From: Gemmatimonadota bacterium
Lineage (GTDB): Bacteria > Gemmatimonadota > Gemmatimonadetes > Longimicrobiales > Gaopeijiaceae
Length of the DNA: 64,000 bases
Assembly: GCA_034521595.1 (NCBI GenBank)
Contig: JAXHMG010000003.1
Coordinates: forward strand, 2,176,001 to 2,240,000
Direction: 5' to 3'
Position numbers and translations under genes: made by a program. A model generated the notes under the pieces. It saw only the letters and a program-made list of their open reading frames with translations. It did no database searches and was not told the DNA's origin. Shown here in pieces: positions 48,774-57,983 of this stretch. Position 1 is the stretch's first letter; every line of letters starts with the position of its first letter.

Positions 48774-49556
48774 GTGTTCGACCCCACCGACCCGCTCCTC
48801 CTGCTCGCCGCGTTCGGCGCCGCCCTGCTCGCGGGTGCGGGCAACGCGGTCGCCGGCGGCGGCACGAACCTCTCGTTCCCCATCCTCATCTGGCTGGGGA
48901 TTCCGCCGGTCGCCGCCAACGCCACGAACGGGGTGGGCCTGTGGCCGGGCTCCGCCGGGGCCGCGTGGAGCTACCGAACGGCTTTGGCCGAGGGCGATCA
49001 GCGTTGGTGGTGGTTCGCCCTACCGTCCCTGGTCGGTGGCGGAATCGGGGCGTGGCTGCTCCTCGCCCTTCCCCCCACCTGGTTCGGCGCCATCGCCCCG
49101 TGGCTCGTAATCGTCGCGTCCATGCTCGTGGCCGTCGAGCCGGTCGTGCGGCAGTGGCTGCGCTCGCCCGGACACGAAGGCGGGCGCGGACCGCTCTGGC
49201 TCTTTCTGACGATGTCGGTGCAGTTCGTCATCTCCGTGTACGGTGGGTATTTCGGGGCCGGCATGGGCATCCTCATGCTCACCAGCCTCGGGCTGATGGG
49301 CATGCACGACCTCCACGAAGCGAACGCGTGGAAGAACGTGCTGGCCGTCGCCATCAAGGGCGTCGCCGTGGTGTACTTCATCGTGGCGGGCATCTTGGTC
49401 TGGCCGGTCGCGATCGTCATGGCGATCGGCTCGACCGTGGGTGGCTACGCGACGGGTAGCTTCATCCAGCGGTTCGACCAGCGAAAGCTACGGTGGGTCG
49501 TGGTCGCGATGGGCGTCGGCATGGGGCTGGTGCTACTGCTGCGAGGCAACGGATGA
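48774..49556 (+). CDS. TSUP (TauE/SafE) family transporter
   Basis: NAVAGGG, PPVAANATN, YGGYFGAGMG, NAWKN. Confidence 0.92.
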   Translation: MFDPTDPLLLLAAFGAALLAGAGNAVAGGGTNLSFPILIWLGIPPVAANATNGVGLWPGSAGAAWSYRTALAEGDQRWWWFALPSLVGGGIGAWLLLALPPTWFGAIAPWLVIVASMLVAVEPVVRQWLRSPGHEGGRGPLWLFLTMSVQFVISVYGGYFGAGMGILMLTSLGLMGMHDLHEANAWKNVLAVAIKGVAVVYFIVAGILVWPVAIVMAIGSTVGGYATGSFIQRFDQRKLRWVVVAMGVGMGLVLLLRGNG

Positions 49557-49578
49557 GCCGTCCGGACGAACGGCGCTA

Positions 49579-49850
49579 CAGCCCGTGGTAGAAGTCTGGT
49601 GGCCCGCGCACGAGGGTCTTGCGTGTCGCAGGCAAGGCGGCTTCTTGAAGGCGATGCCGTAGCATCGGCGAAAGGAGCCAACGCCGCATGCGGCCGCAAT
49701 CCCCTCGTGCCCTTCGGGTTGGGGCGGCACGGCCCCCGCTCCGTCGTTGGAGCCCCTCGACGTAGCTACGGCTATGCCTTCGGGGCTCCGCCATAGGAGC
49801 CCGGGCCGTGGCGCTCCCAACGCGGACCACCAGACTTCTACCACGGGCTG
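49579..49850. mobile_element. MITE-like element, copy 2 (272 bp, opposite orientation to copy 1)
   Basis: 30-bp terminal IR CAGCCCGTGGTAGAAGTCTGGTGG(C/T)CCGCG with 1 mismatch; both arms homologous to copy 1, centre different. Confidence 0.85.
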
Positions 49851-49866
49851 CTGAGGGAGGGAACAG

Positions 49867-50286
49867 GTGAAGCGAGATCCGAGATTGAGGGGGCTGTCCT
49901 CCGACCACCACCAAGCCCTGGTGCTCGCCCGCAGGGTCGGGCACCGGGCCGAGGCCGGCACACTGGACATGGACCTCGCGCGCGATGTGGCGGAGCGCTT
50001 CCGCGATGAGCTGGAGCCGCACTTCGGCGTCGAGGAGGAGGTGCTCCTGCCGGCGCTACGCGACCTCGGAGAGAACGAGCTTCCGGACCGGACCCTGGAC
50101 GACCACGCGTTCCTGCGCCAGCGGGTCCGCGCCGCCGAGGACGGCGACGCCGAAGCGCTGGCCGACTTCGCCGAACGCCTCCACGACCACGTCCGGTTCG
50201 AGGAACGAACCCTGTTTCCGGCCTGCGAAGCGCGGCTACCCGACGCGGTGCTGGAGGAGGCGGCGCGCCGGGCGCCCAAGGAGTGA
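49867..50286 (+). CDS. Hemerythrin/HHE domain protein
   Basis: LSSDHHQAL, HFGVEEEVLLP, DH, HVRFEERTLFP. Confidence 0.9.
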   Translation: MKRDPRLRGLSSDHHQALVLARRVGHRAEAGTLDMDLARDVAERFRDELEPHFGVEEEVLLPALRDLGENELPDRTLDDHAFLRQRVRAAEDGDAEALADFAERLHDHVRFEERTLFPACEARLPDAVLEEAARRAPKE

Positions 50287-50334
50287 GGCACGGGTTCTGC
50301 GGGGGTACTCCCCGACCCCGATCCCCGGCTCCGC

Positions 50335-51000
50335 TCAATGCTCCTCGCGGACGTGCGCCAGGGGGCAGAGGCTACCGCAGCCAGCCACGCCCGGCAGCAG
50401 GTGCCGGAGGCAACACACCCGACGCCGACGGATCTCGGCCTCTCCGTCGCTCACGTACCGGATGGCGCCGTGGAGGGGGTTCCGGCCCAAGCCGGGCCAT
50501 TCCCGACGGTCGAGCAGCTCGCCTCGCGCCCTGCGAGCGTCCTCCGCCACCGCATCCGGTCGCGCTTCGAGCTCGGCGAGTGCCCACTCCATGTAGTGGG
50601 CCGCATTTCCCCACAGCAGGCCGCGCCCCACACGGTACCGCGCCGACAGAATCTCCACGACCGGAGCGACATGCCGCATGATCAACGGATCGAACCAGGA
50701 CGAGTCACGGGCCCCCTCGTGGTCGCTCGAGATCGAGGCTGCGGGCTGAGGAAGGACGCGACCTTCCCCGTTTCCGGAGCGAGAGTGACGCGCACCTGAT
50801 CGACGGTGGCGGGGAGCGCGCGCCGGAGCCCGACGGTGGCCACCACCGAGGACACGAGGAGGCCGCCAAAGTACCAGAGCGACCAGTACGAGACCACGGC
50901 CCGCAGGTCCGCGTTCCCATGCTCCCGACCGAAGGCATCCAGGCATGCCTCGAGCCGGCCCGGCGCGAAGATGGCCCGGGCCGGCAAGCCACCGGGCTCC
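50335..51000 (-). pseudogene. fhuF: Frameshifted siderophore-iron reductase FhuF
   Basis: ADLRAVVSYWSLWYFG in one frame; LLWGNA...NPL...RRVCCLRHLLPGVAGCGSLCP (2Fe-2S motif) in another; shift near 50740-50755; no own start. Confidence 0.75.
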
Positions 51001-51268
51001 CCGTCGACGAGCCTCGGAACGAGCTGCCCCAGAACCCACGGAAGGTTGAGCGGCGTCGCGTTGGTGAGTCCGGCCACGAGTGGACTCTGTGGATCGAGGT
51101 AGATGACCGCGCCCTTCGCACGACGTCGAGCTTTCCGTACACCGGATCCACCTCGAGCTCGTTTCGCTGTTGGTCCGTGGCCAACCAAACGAGCAGGTCG
51201 CGGTCGAAGAGGTCAACGCGCTCCTGGCTGATCGCGGTCACGAAATGATCACGTGTCAGCGCAGCCAA
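51001..51268 (-). pseudogene. C-terminal remnant of an iron-siderophore ABC substrate-binding protein, frameshifted and fused to fhuF
   Basis: ISQERVDLFDRDLLVW...DPVYGKLDVVR then (other frame) GAVIYLD...TPLNLPWVLGQLVPRL resembles FhuD/FepB-type C-termini. Confidence 0.6.
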
Positions 51269-51374
51269 CCTCTACAGTCACTTCCGCTGGAGAAACGCCC
51301 GTTATTTGACGGCCCGTCGCCTCATCCCTTGCGACATTACTTGACACACCCATCACGTAGAGAGATTCTACGGC

Positions 51375-52025
51375 ATGGATTCATATGAGAACGGTTTTCA
51401 GTCTCATGCCCCTGCACAGCGCGATGAGCGAGTGTCCGGGAACGACCTTCGCCTCCTTCTCACGCTGCCTGGGCGACTCTGTAGCGCCCGCTGGGTCCGC
51501 GCCATCGAGTTCGCCAGGGTATTGGGACGGGCGTCCGCAGAGTACCTCGGCCCGCTGATCCGTGACGGGATCCAGGAAGGGCACCTTCCGTTCCTTCAGC
51601 CCGTTGTCTACCTCGAGATGATCGTAGTGTCCTCCGCTCCGGAGGGATTGGTCTCAGAGGAAGAGCTCCAGTCATGGCGCCGGGCGTTCGAGGACGGGCG
51701 AGCCGCCCGAGACCCCCGGGTCCAGGCGTTTGGAGCAGGACTCGCAGAACGCATCGCCGAACTCACGGCGTCCGTGCTTCAGCGCCGCAAGCTGCTGGCC
51801 CGCTATCTCGAGATCCCGCAGGCCTCGCTTTCCCTGTCGGGTATCGCGCCCGGCGGCGTCCCTGTCTTCATGGTGCGAGGAGAGTGCTTCCTCGTGACCG
51901 ACTCGGAGGAAGCGGAGGGTCTGGGGGCTGGAAGGATCCGGGCCCTTTGCGGCCACGACGGAAGGTCATGTGAGGTCGAGTCGTGCCCGTTTCTGGGCAT
52001 GCTGATCCACCGCTCGAGGAACTGA
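51375..52025 (+). CDS. Hypothetical protein with C-terminal Cys cluster (start uncertain)
   Basis: 216-aa ORF filling the gap before ffh; ends ECF...LCGHDGRSCEVESCPF; no family recognised. Confidence 0.5.
   Translation: MDSYENGFQSHAPAQRDERVSGNDLRLLLTLPGRLCSARWVRAIEFARVLGRASAEYLGPLIRDGIQEGHLPFLQPVVYLEMIVVSSAPEGLVSEEELQSWRRAFEDGRAARDPRVQAFGAGLAERIAELTASVLQRRKLLARYLEIPQASLSLSGIAPGGVPVFMVRGECFLVTDSEEAEGLGAGRIRALCGHDGRSCEVESCPFLGMLIHRSRN
51386..51400. promoter_or_regulatory. Fur-box-like 7-1-7 inverted repeat; TTGACA-N17-GATTCT promoter-like site at 51341-51369
   Basis: TGAGAAC-G-GTTTTCA versus Fur consensus TGATAAT-n-ATTATCA; adjacent to iron-uptake remnants. Confidence 0.5.
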
Positions 52026-52089
52026 GGGATCATCCCGGAACAGAGCTCTACGGCTCGACGGGCTACGATGCGAATCGCCGAGCGAGGAT

Positions 52090-53457
52090 CTACCGACCGG
52101 ACCGTAACCCCGGAAAGCCTCCCCCCATGCCGGGAATATTGGGCATGCCGCCGCCACCGCCCGTCATGCCCTTCATCTGCTTCATGAACTTCTGCATTTC
52201 CTTGAACTGCTTCATGAGCCGGTTCACCTCCGACACCGGGCGGCCGCTTCCCTTCGCGATGCGGGCGCGGCGCGAGCCGTTCAGGATGTCCGGGCGCTCG
52301 CGCTCCTCCGGGGTCATGGAGAGGATGATCGCCTCGACGTGCTTCATCCGCTTGGGATCCATGTTGGCGGCCGGGATCTTCATCTTCCCCGCCCCGGGAA
52401 TCAGCTTCATGAGCTGATCGAGCGGGCCCATCTTCTGAATCTGCCGCATGGCCACGAGGAAGTCCTCGAGGGTGAAGCGCCCCTTGCCGAGCATCTTCTT
52501 CTCGAGCTGCTCCTGCGCCTCCTCGTCGACCGTGGCCTGTGCACGCTCCACGAGACCGACCACGTCGCCCATCTGCAGGATCCGTCCGGCGAGGCGCTCC
52601 GGATCGGCCGAGTCGAGGTCGTCCACACTTTCGCCGACTCCCACGAACTTGATCGGCTTTCCCGTGACGCCGCGGATCGAGAGGGCGGCACCGCCGCGCG
52701 CGTCGCCGTCCATCTTGGTCATCACCACCCCGGTGATGCCGAGCGCGTCGTCGAAGCCCTGCGCGATGGTGACGGCTTCCTGACCCGTCATCGCGTCGGC
52801 GACGAGGAGGATCTCGTCGGGCGTCACGGCTTCCTTGACCCGCCGGAGCTCGTCCATGAGCGCCTCGTCGATCTGCAGGCGACCGGCCGTGTCGACGATG
52901 ACGACCCCGTGTCCGTTCTCCTTCGCGCTGTTCCGGGCCTGCCGCGCGGCTTCGACGGGATCGCCCTCGAACGAGCCCGAGACCACCGGCACGTCGATCT
53001 GGCGCCCCAGCGTCTCGAGCTGCTCGATGGCGGCGGGACGTTGGAGGTCGCACGCGGCGAGCATGGGGTTGCGGCCCTCGCGGTCGAGCCGGCGAGCCAG
53101 CTTCGCGGCGGACGTCGTCTTCCCGGAGCCCTGCAGCCCCACGACGAGCACCACGACGGGGCTCTTGGCCCCGGGGGCCAGCGAAGGACGCCCCTCGCCG
53201 AACAGGTTGGCGAGCTCGTCGTGAACGATCTTGACGATCTGCTGGCCCGGCGAGACCGCCTTCAGCACGTCCTCGCCGAGGGCCTGCTCCTGCACCCGAG
53301 CCAGGAAGTCTCGCGTGACCTGGAAGTTGACGTCGGCCTCGAGGAGCACGCGACGAACCTCGCGGAGGCCTTCCTTGACCATGGCCTCGTTGAGCACGCC
53401 CCGCTGTCGGAGCTTCTTGAGCGCGTCGTCGAGCTTGGAGCTTAATTCGTCGAACAT
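52090..53457 (-). CDS. ffh: Signal recognition particle protein
   Basis: LLEADV, GLQGSGKTT, DTAGRL, TKMDGDARGGAALS, Met-rich M domain. Confidence 0.98.
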   Translation of the reverse strand: MFDELSSKLDDALKKLRQRGVLNEAMVKEGLREVRRVLLEADVNFQVTRDFLARVQEQALGEDVLKAVSPGQQIVKIVHDELANLFGEGRPSLAPGAKSPVVVLVVGLQGSGKTTSAAKLARRLDREGRNPMLAACDLQRPAAIEQLETLGRQIDVPVVSGSFEGDPVEAARQARNSAKENGHGVVIVDTAGRLQIDEALMDELRRVKEAVTPDEILLVADAMTGQEAVTIAQGFDDALGITGVVMTKMDGDARGGAALSIRGVTGKPIKFVGVGESVDDLDSADPERLAGRILQMGDVVGLVERAQATVDEEAQEQLEKKMLGKGRFTLEDFLVAMRQIQKMGPLDQLMKLIPGAGKMKIPAANMDPKRMKHVEAIILSMTPEERERPDILNGSRRARIAKGSGRPVSEVNRLMKQFKEMQKFMKQMKGMTGGGGGMPNIPGMGGGFPGLRSGR

Positions 53458-53568
53458 GTGGGGCTTGGGATCGGTGGTCGAGCTACCGAGCGGCCGGGCA
53501 GGCGTCCGCTCCGAGGTGCCCCAAGCTACCCGGACGAAAGGGGTCGCTCAACGGACCCCGCGGAGCCG

Positions 53569-54012
53569 CTACTTCCTGGCCCGCTGGCCGGCCACGTAGT
53601 CGCGAAGCACACCCGCTTCCGTCTCGAGCTGTTCGAGCCGCTGCTTGACGAGGTCCCCGACCGAGATGACGCCCGCCACGCGCGTGCCGTCCATGACGAC
53701 GAGGTGGCGGAGCCGCTCGCGCGTGAGACGGGCCATCACGTCGCGAATGGAGTCGTCCGCCGCGCACATGGGGGCGGGCCGCCGCATGATCTCCGAGACC
53801 GGCGCGTTGCGGATGTCCTTCCCGTGCCGGTCCACCAGGCGCACGATATCCCGTTCGGACACGAATCCGGCAAGATTGCCCTCGGAGTCCACGACCGAGA
53901 GGCCACCGACCCCGCGCTCCATGAGCAATCTCGCGGCGGCGGCCGTGGTCGCGGACGGGGAGATCGACACCACGCCGGCGGGTTTTCGGTTCAACAGCTC
54001 GCGCACGCGCAT
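53569..54012 (-). CDS. CBS domain pair protein
   Basis: LAGFVSERDIV, RLRHLVVMD, GVISVGDLVK; GGAGG RBS. Confidence 0.92.
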   Translation of the reverse strand: MRVRELLNRKPAGVVSISPSATTAAAARLLMERGVGGLSVVDSEGNLAGFVSERDIVRLVDRHGKDIRNAPVSEIMRRPAPMCAADDSIRDVMARLTRERLRHLVVMDGTRVAGVISVGDLVKQRLEQLETEAGVLRDYVAGQRARK

Positions 54013-54143
54013 CGGGCCTCCTCCTTCCGTCACGGTGGGGCTCTCTGGTGCCGACCGGGCCCGGGGGTGGCGCGGGCCCTCGGCTACCGTTTCAATACCC
54101 TGAAATCAGTCCGGGGTCCCACCGAACACCCACCACGGTTCCG

Positions 54144-54647
54144 ATGCACGCGCTCTACGTCACCTCCGTGTTCCTCCACGTCCTGGCGGCCATCGTCTGG
54201 ATCGGCGGGATGTTCTTTCTCGTCCTCGTCGTGGTCCCGTGGCTCCGGAGCGGGAACCGCGCCGTGGGCAGCAAGATGCTCCGCGACACGGGAATCCGGT
54301 TCCGGAACGTCGGGTGGGCATGCTTCGCCGTGCTGCTCGGCACGGGAATTCTGAACCTGGGACTGCGGGGCGTCGGATTCGCACACTTCGCCCGGCCCGG
54401 GTGGCTCACGTCTCCCTTCGGGCGCGCGGTCCTGTTGAAGATCGGGCTCTTCGCCGCCGTCCTCGTCGTGAGCGCGATCCACGACTTCGCCGTCGGGCCG
54501 CGCGCGACACGCGCCATGGAAGCGGACCCGGCTGGTCCCGAGGCCCTGCGGCTACGTCGCGCGGCGTCCTGGCTCGGGCGCTTGAACGTCCTTCTCGCGC
54601 TGGGCCTGATCTTCCTCGGGGTCGTGCTGGTCCGCGGATGGCCGTGA
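54144..54647 (+). CDS. CopD/DUF4149-like membrane protein
   Basis: LHVLAAIVWIGGMFF, LLKIGL, SAIHDFAVGP; four TM helices. Confidence 0.82.
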   Translation: MHALYVTSVFLHVLAAIVWIGGMFFLVLVVVPWLRSGNRAVGSKMLRDTGIRFRNVGWACFAVLLGTGILNLGLRGVGFAHFARPGWLTSPFGRAVLLKIGLFAAVLVVSAIHDFAVGPRATRAMEADPAGPEALRLRRAASWLGRLNVLLALGLIFLGVVLVRGWP

Positions 54648-54678
54648 CCTGGGCGTCACGAGGCCTGCCGCCGCGGCC

Positions 54679-56934
54679 TCAGGGAGACTCGGCGTCCGTG
54701 GCTTCCGGCTCCTCCGTGTCTTCGAGGGTCTCGAGCACCTGGCTCCATTCGAACCCGTCGCCGATCCCGCGCACGTAGTAGTCCATCCACGCCATCTCGC
54801 TCACCGACTTGAGCAGCCGGTTGCGCCGGTCCGGGATGCCGTGACTCTGCCCGGGATACATGAAGAGCTCGGTCGGGACCTCCAGCTTCTTGAGCGCCAT
54901 GTGGAGCTCGACGGACTGTGGGCTCGGCACGCGGGGATCCCCTTCCACCACGTGGATCATGGTCGGTGTGCTGGCGTTCGCGATGTACTTGAGCGGTGAC
55001 TGCTCCCAGTACGGCTCGAAGTTCTCGTAGAGGAAGTCGTCCCCGATGTAGAACCGGCGGTTCCGCTGGACGTCGCTCTGCGCGTACATGCTGATCCAGT
55101 TCATGGTGCCGGCGCCCGAGCTGATCGCCTTGAAGCGGTCGGTCTGCGTGAGGATCCAGTTGGACCAGTGCCCGCCGGCGCTCCATCCCAGGGCACCCAT
55201 GCGATCGCCGTCCACGATGCCTTCGTCGATGAGGTGGTCGACGCCGGTCATGATGTCCTCGTAGCCGAGCGTGAAGTAGTCGGCGACGATGTCGGTCCGG
55301 TGCTCGTTCCCGTAGTTCCTGGAGCCCCGGTAGTTCGGCTTGAGCACCGCGTAGCCGGCACCGGCATACACCTGGGAGCCATAGCCGTCATTGAAGCTGA
55401 GCACGTCGGCGGAAGCCGGACCGCCGTGGATGGACACGATGAGCGGATATCGCCGGCCCTCCTCGTAACCCACCGGGAGGTTGAGCACGCCCCCCACGGT
55501 CTTGCCATCCGTGGACGTCCACTCCACCTCCATCTCCCGACCCAGGGCGATATCCTCCTCGATCCACGGATTCGCGTTCACGAGCCGGGTCCAACGCGAA
55601 CGGTCCGCCACCATACCGATGTCGTCGACGGTGAAGACGGTCCGCGGCATCTCGGGGTCGGTATAGTCGATGAGCAGCACCCCGGAATCCTCGTCGCGGT
55701 CGACGGAGAGCGACGCCCGCTCCTCGGTGACCTGGCGCACCGTGCCGTCGTCCACGTCCACGGCATGGAGCTGGCGGGTCACCTTCACACCGGTCGTGAA
55801 GTAGATCGTCTCGCCGTCCTCGGACCAGAAATCCACGTCCAGGCTGTTGTCGAAATCCGCGCCCAGCTTGCGGAACGACCCGCCCCGGTCCTCGACCTCC
55901 CGGACGTAGACCCGGTCTTCGGTCATCGAGTAGCCGTCCAACTCGTCCGGTGCGGAGAAGGCGATCCACCGACCGTCCGGCGAGAAGCTCGGGGTGCTCT
56001 CGCCGACCTCGTAGTTGTCGAGCAGGCGTTCGACCTCCCCGGTGGCCACCTCGAACAGGTACGGATCCGCGTAGAGCCGCGCCCCGGTGATGTTGCGCTC
56101 GTAGCGCTCCGGCGAGCCGCCCCGGAACGAGATCCAGTCGCCGTTCGGCGACACCTCGAAGTCGTCCACGCTGAAGCTCGGGTCGTCGGTGAGGCGTTCC
56201 TCGGCGGGGCCAGCCACCTCGACCACCCAGAGGCTCGACAAGGGCGTCTCCTGATTCTTCACGTCCACCGTGAAGCCTTCCTCCCTCCGCCGATGGTCGG
56301 CCTCGTCGAAGGCGTTCGGGCGCGTGAAGTAGATGCGCGGGCGGTCTGGAGCCCATTCCCAATCCTCGACGCCGGCCTCGCCGGAGGTCAGCCGTTCCGG
56401 GGTCGCATCCGGCGGGAGGTCACCCGGGAGCCGGTAGAGCTGCTCCCGCCCTTCCTCACCGCTCCGGTACGCCAACCAGCGCCCGTCCGGGCTGAACTCG
56501 AAGTCCGACACCCCGTGCTCGGCTTCCGTGATCCGGCGAGCCTCGCCCCCGTCCGTCCGCATCACGTAGAGCTGGCGTCCGCTCAGCTCCGGGAGCTCCG
56601 CGTCGCGATCGGAGGAGAACACGAACGAAGCCTCGCCCGGAGCCCAACCTGGCCGATCCTCGTCGTGCTCCTCGGTGAACGTGAGGCGACGGCTCGACGG
56701 AACCCCTTCCGACAGCGACACGAGGTGGATGTCGGACTGCGCCGCGTCCTCCTCCCAGTCGGGCGTCGTGACGGTATAGAGCATCCATGCACCGTCCGGG
56801 CTCGGAGTCCACGACCCGGCGCTGCGCATCTCCTGCACGTCGAGGAAGGTGAGCGGGCGTTGCTGCGCTTCGACAGGGACGTGAACCGCGACGAGCGCGA
56901 GGGCCGCGGCAGCGCGGAGAAGGGACCAAGGCAT
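54679..56934 (-). CDS. S9 family dipeptidyl/acylaminoacyl peptidase
   Basis: Signal peptide; PD40-like repeats; IHGGP, NYRGS, GWSAGG, DPRVP, YPGQSHG. Confidence 0.94.
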   Translation of the reverse strand: MPWSLLRAAAALALVAVHVPVEAQQRPLTFLDVQEMRSAGSWTPSPDGAWMLYTVTTPDWEEDAAQSDIHLVSLSEGVPSSRRLTFTEEHDEDRPGWAPGEASFVFSSDRDAELPELSGRQLYVMRTDGGEARRITEAEHGVSDFEFSPDGRWLAYRSGEEGREQLYRLPGDLPPDATPERLTSGEAGVEDWEWAPDRPRIYFTRPNAFDEADHRRREEGFTVDVKNQETPLSSLWVVEVAGPAEERLTDDPSFSVDDFEVSPNGDWISFRGGSPERYERNITGARLYADPYLFEVATGEVERLLDNYEVGESTPSFSPDGRWIAFSAPDELDGYSMTEDRVYVREVEDRGGSFRKLGADFDNSLDVDFWSEDGETIYFTTGVKVTRQLHAVDVDDGTVRQVTEERASLSVDRDEDSGVLLIDYTDPEMPRTVFTVDDIGMVADRSRWTRLVNANPWIEEDIALGREMEVEWTSTDGKTVGGVLNLPVGYEEGRRYPLIVSIHGGPASADVLSFNDGYGSQVYAGAGYAVLKPNYRGSRNYGNEHRTDIVADYFTLGYEDIMTGVDHLIDEGIVDGDRMGALGWSAGGHWSNWILTQTDRFKAISSGAGTMNWISMYAQSDVQRNRRFYIGDDFLYENFEPYWEQSPLKYIANASTPTMIHVVEGDPRVPSPQSVELHMALKKLEVPTELFMYPGQSHGIPDRRNRLLKSVSEMAWMDYYVRGIGDGFEWSQVLETLEDTEEPEATDAESP

Positions 56935-57065
56935 GAAGACCTCCCGACGGCGGAAACAGGATCACCCGCGCAGGCTTGCGCTCGGCGCGGACATACCGAC
57001 ATGGTGCAACATCCCGGCGAGCGTCGCCAGCCGGTCCACCGCTCACACCCACTCGGAGCCGCCCC

Positions 57066-57236
57066 GTGGGCATCCTACTCTTCGTGCTCCTCGCCGCTCT
57101 GGTCGCCACCTACGGCTTCTGGGATACTCTGTCCGCCCTCCTCGGAGCCGCAGGGATCGTCGTGCTCGTGGTCGTTCTCGCCGGCACCGCGCTCGGCGTC
57201 GCCGGATACGTGATGCTCAAACGGCGACGCGGGTAG
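57066..57236 (+). CDS. Small hypothetical membrane protein (56 aa)
   Basis: GGAG RBS + GTG; two hydrophobic helices and a basic tail KRRRG. Confidence 0.6.
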   Translation: MGILLFVLLAALVATYGFWDTLSALLGAAGIVVLVVVLAGTALGVAGYVMLKRRRG

Positions 57237-57307
57237 CGCCCCCACTCACTCGGCCCGGAGCGCCTCCATCGGATCGACGCTGGTGGCCCGGAGGCCGGGC
57301 ACCCGCC

Positions 57308-57766
57308 TCAGCGGTGCTCGAGCCGCTCGCGGCACGCATCGGCCAGGACGCCCGACACGACCTCCGGAGGCTCGCCCCATCCCGTGAAGCGTGCGTCCAC
57401 GAGCACCGGATGGAGCCCGTCCACACTTCCGACCTCACCGGCGCCGACGCCGAATACCACCCTGGCGATGCGGGTGGCCCGCACGGCGTATGCGCAGAGC
57501 ACGCAGGGCTCGACGGTCGTGTAGAGGGTCGCGCCGGACAGGTGCCGTCCTTCGGTAGCATCACACGCCGCCCGGATCGCCTCGACCTCGGCATGGGCCG
57601 CCGGATCGTAGGTACGACGCACCCGCTCCCGGCCGGCGCCGATGGGCACGCCGTCCGCGCTCACCACCAGCGCCCCCACGGGTGTCTCACCCTCGGCCCC
57701 GGCCTCGGCGGCGAGGTCGAGCGCCACCTGCATCCACCGCTCGTCGCTTGGATATCGGTCCTTCAT
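57308..57766 (-). CDS. Nucleoside deaminase, TadA-like
   Basis: GETPVGA, DPAAHAEVEAIR, LYTTVEPCVLC (HAE...PCxxC). Confidence 0.9.
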   Translation of the reverse strand: MKDRYPSDERWMQVALDLAAEAGAEGETPVGALVVSADGVPIGAGRERVRRTYDPAAHAEVEAIRAACDATEGRHLSGATLYTTVEPCVLCAYAVRATRIARVVFGVGAGEVGSVDGLHPVLVDARFTGWGEPPEVVSGVLADACRERLEHR

Positions 57767-57983
57767 CTCGCACTCCATGTTCCGGCATGCCCCAGGGCCG
57801 AAAGGTCGTCGAGGCACGGGTCGTCTCGGAACCTGCTTTCGCCGTAGCGGTTATGAGCTAACGGTCGGGAGGACGGTGGCGGACCGCTCCGCCACAAGAC
57901 GACACGGCCGCCCGATCCGCGCGATAACGTGTTGGCAAACAGCAACATATGGCAGCATTCGTCGATCGGTGCTGCATGGTTGA

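Noticed and set aside
53458-53568. SRP RNA (ffs) next to ffh
   Set aside because: Conserved helix-8 motif (CAGG...GGAA...AGCAG) not seen; only a weak hairpin
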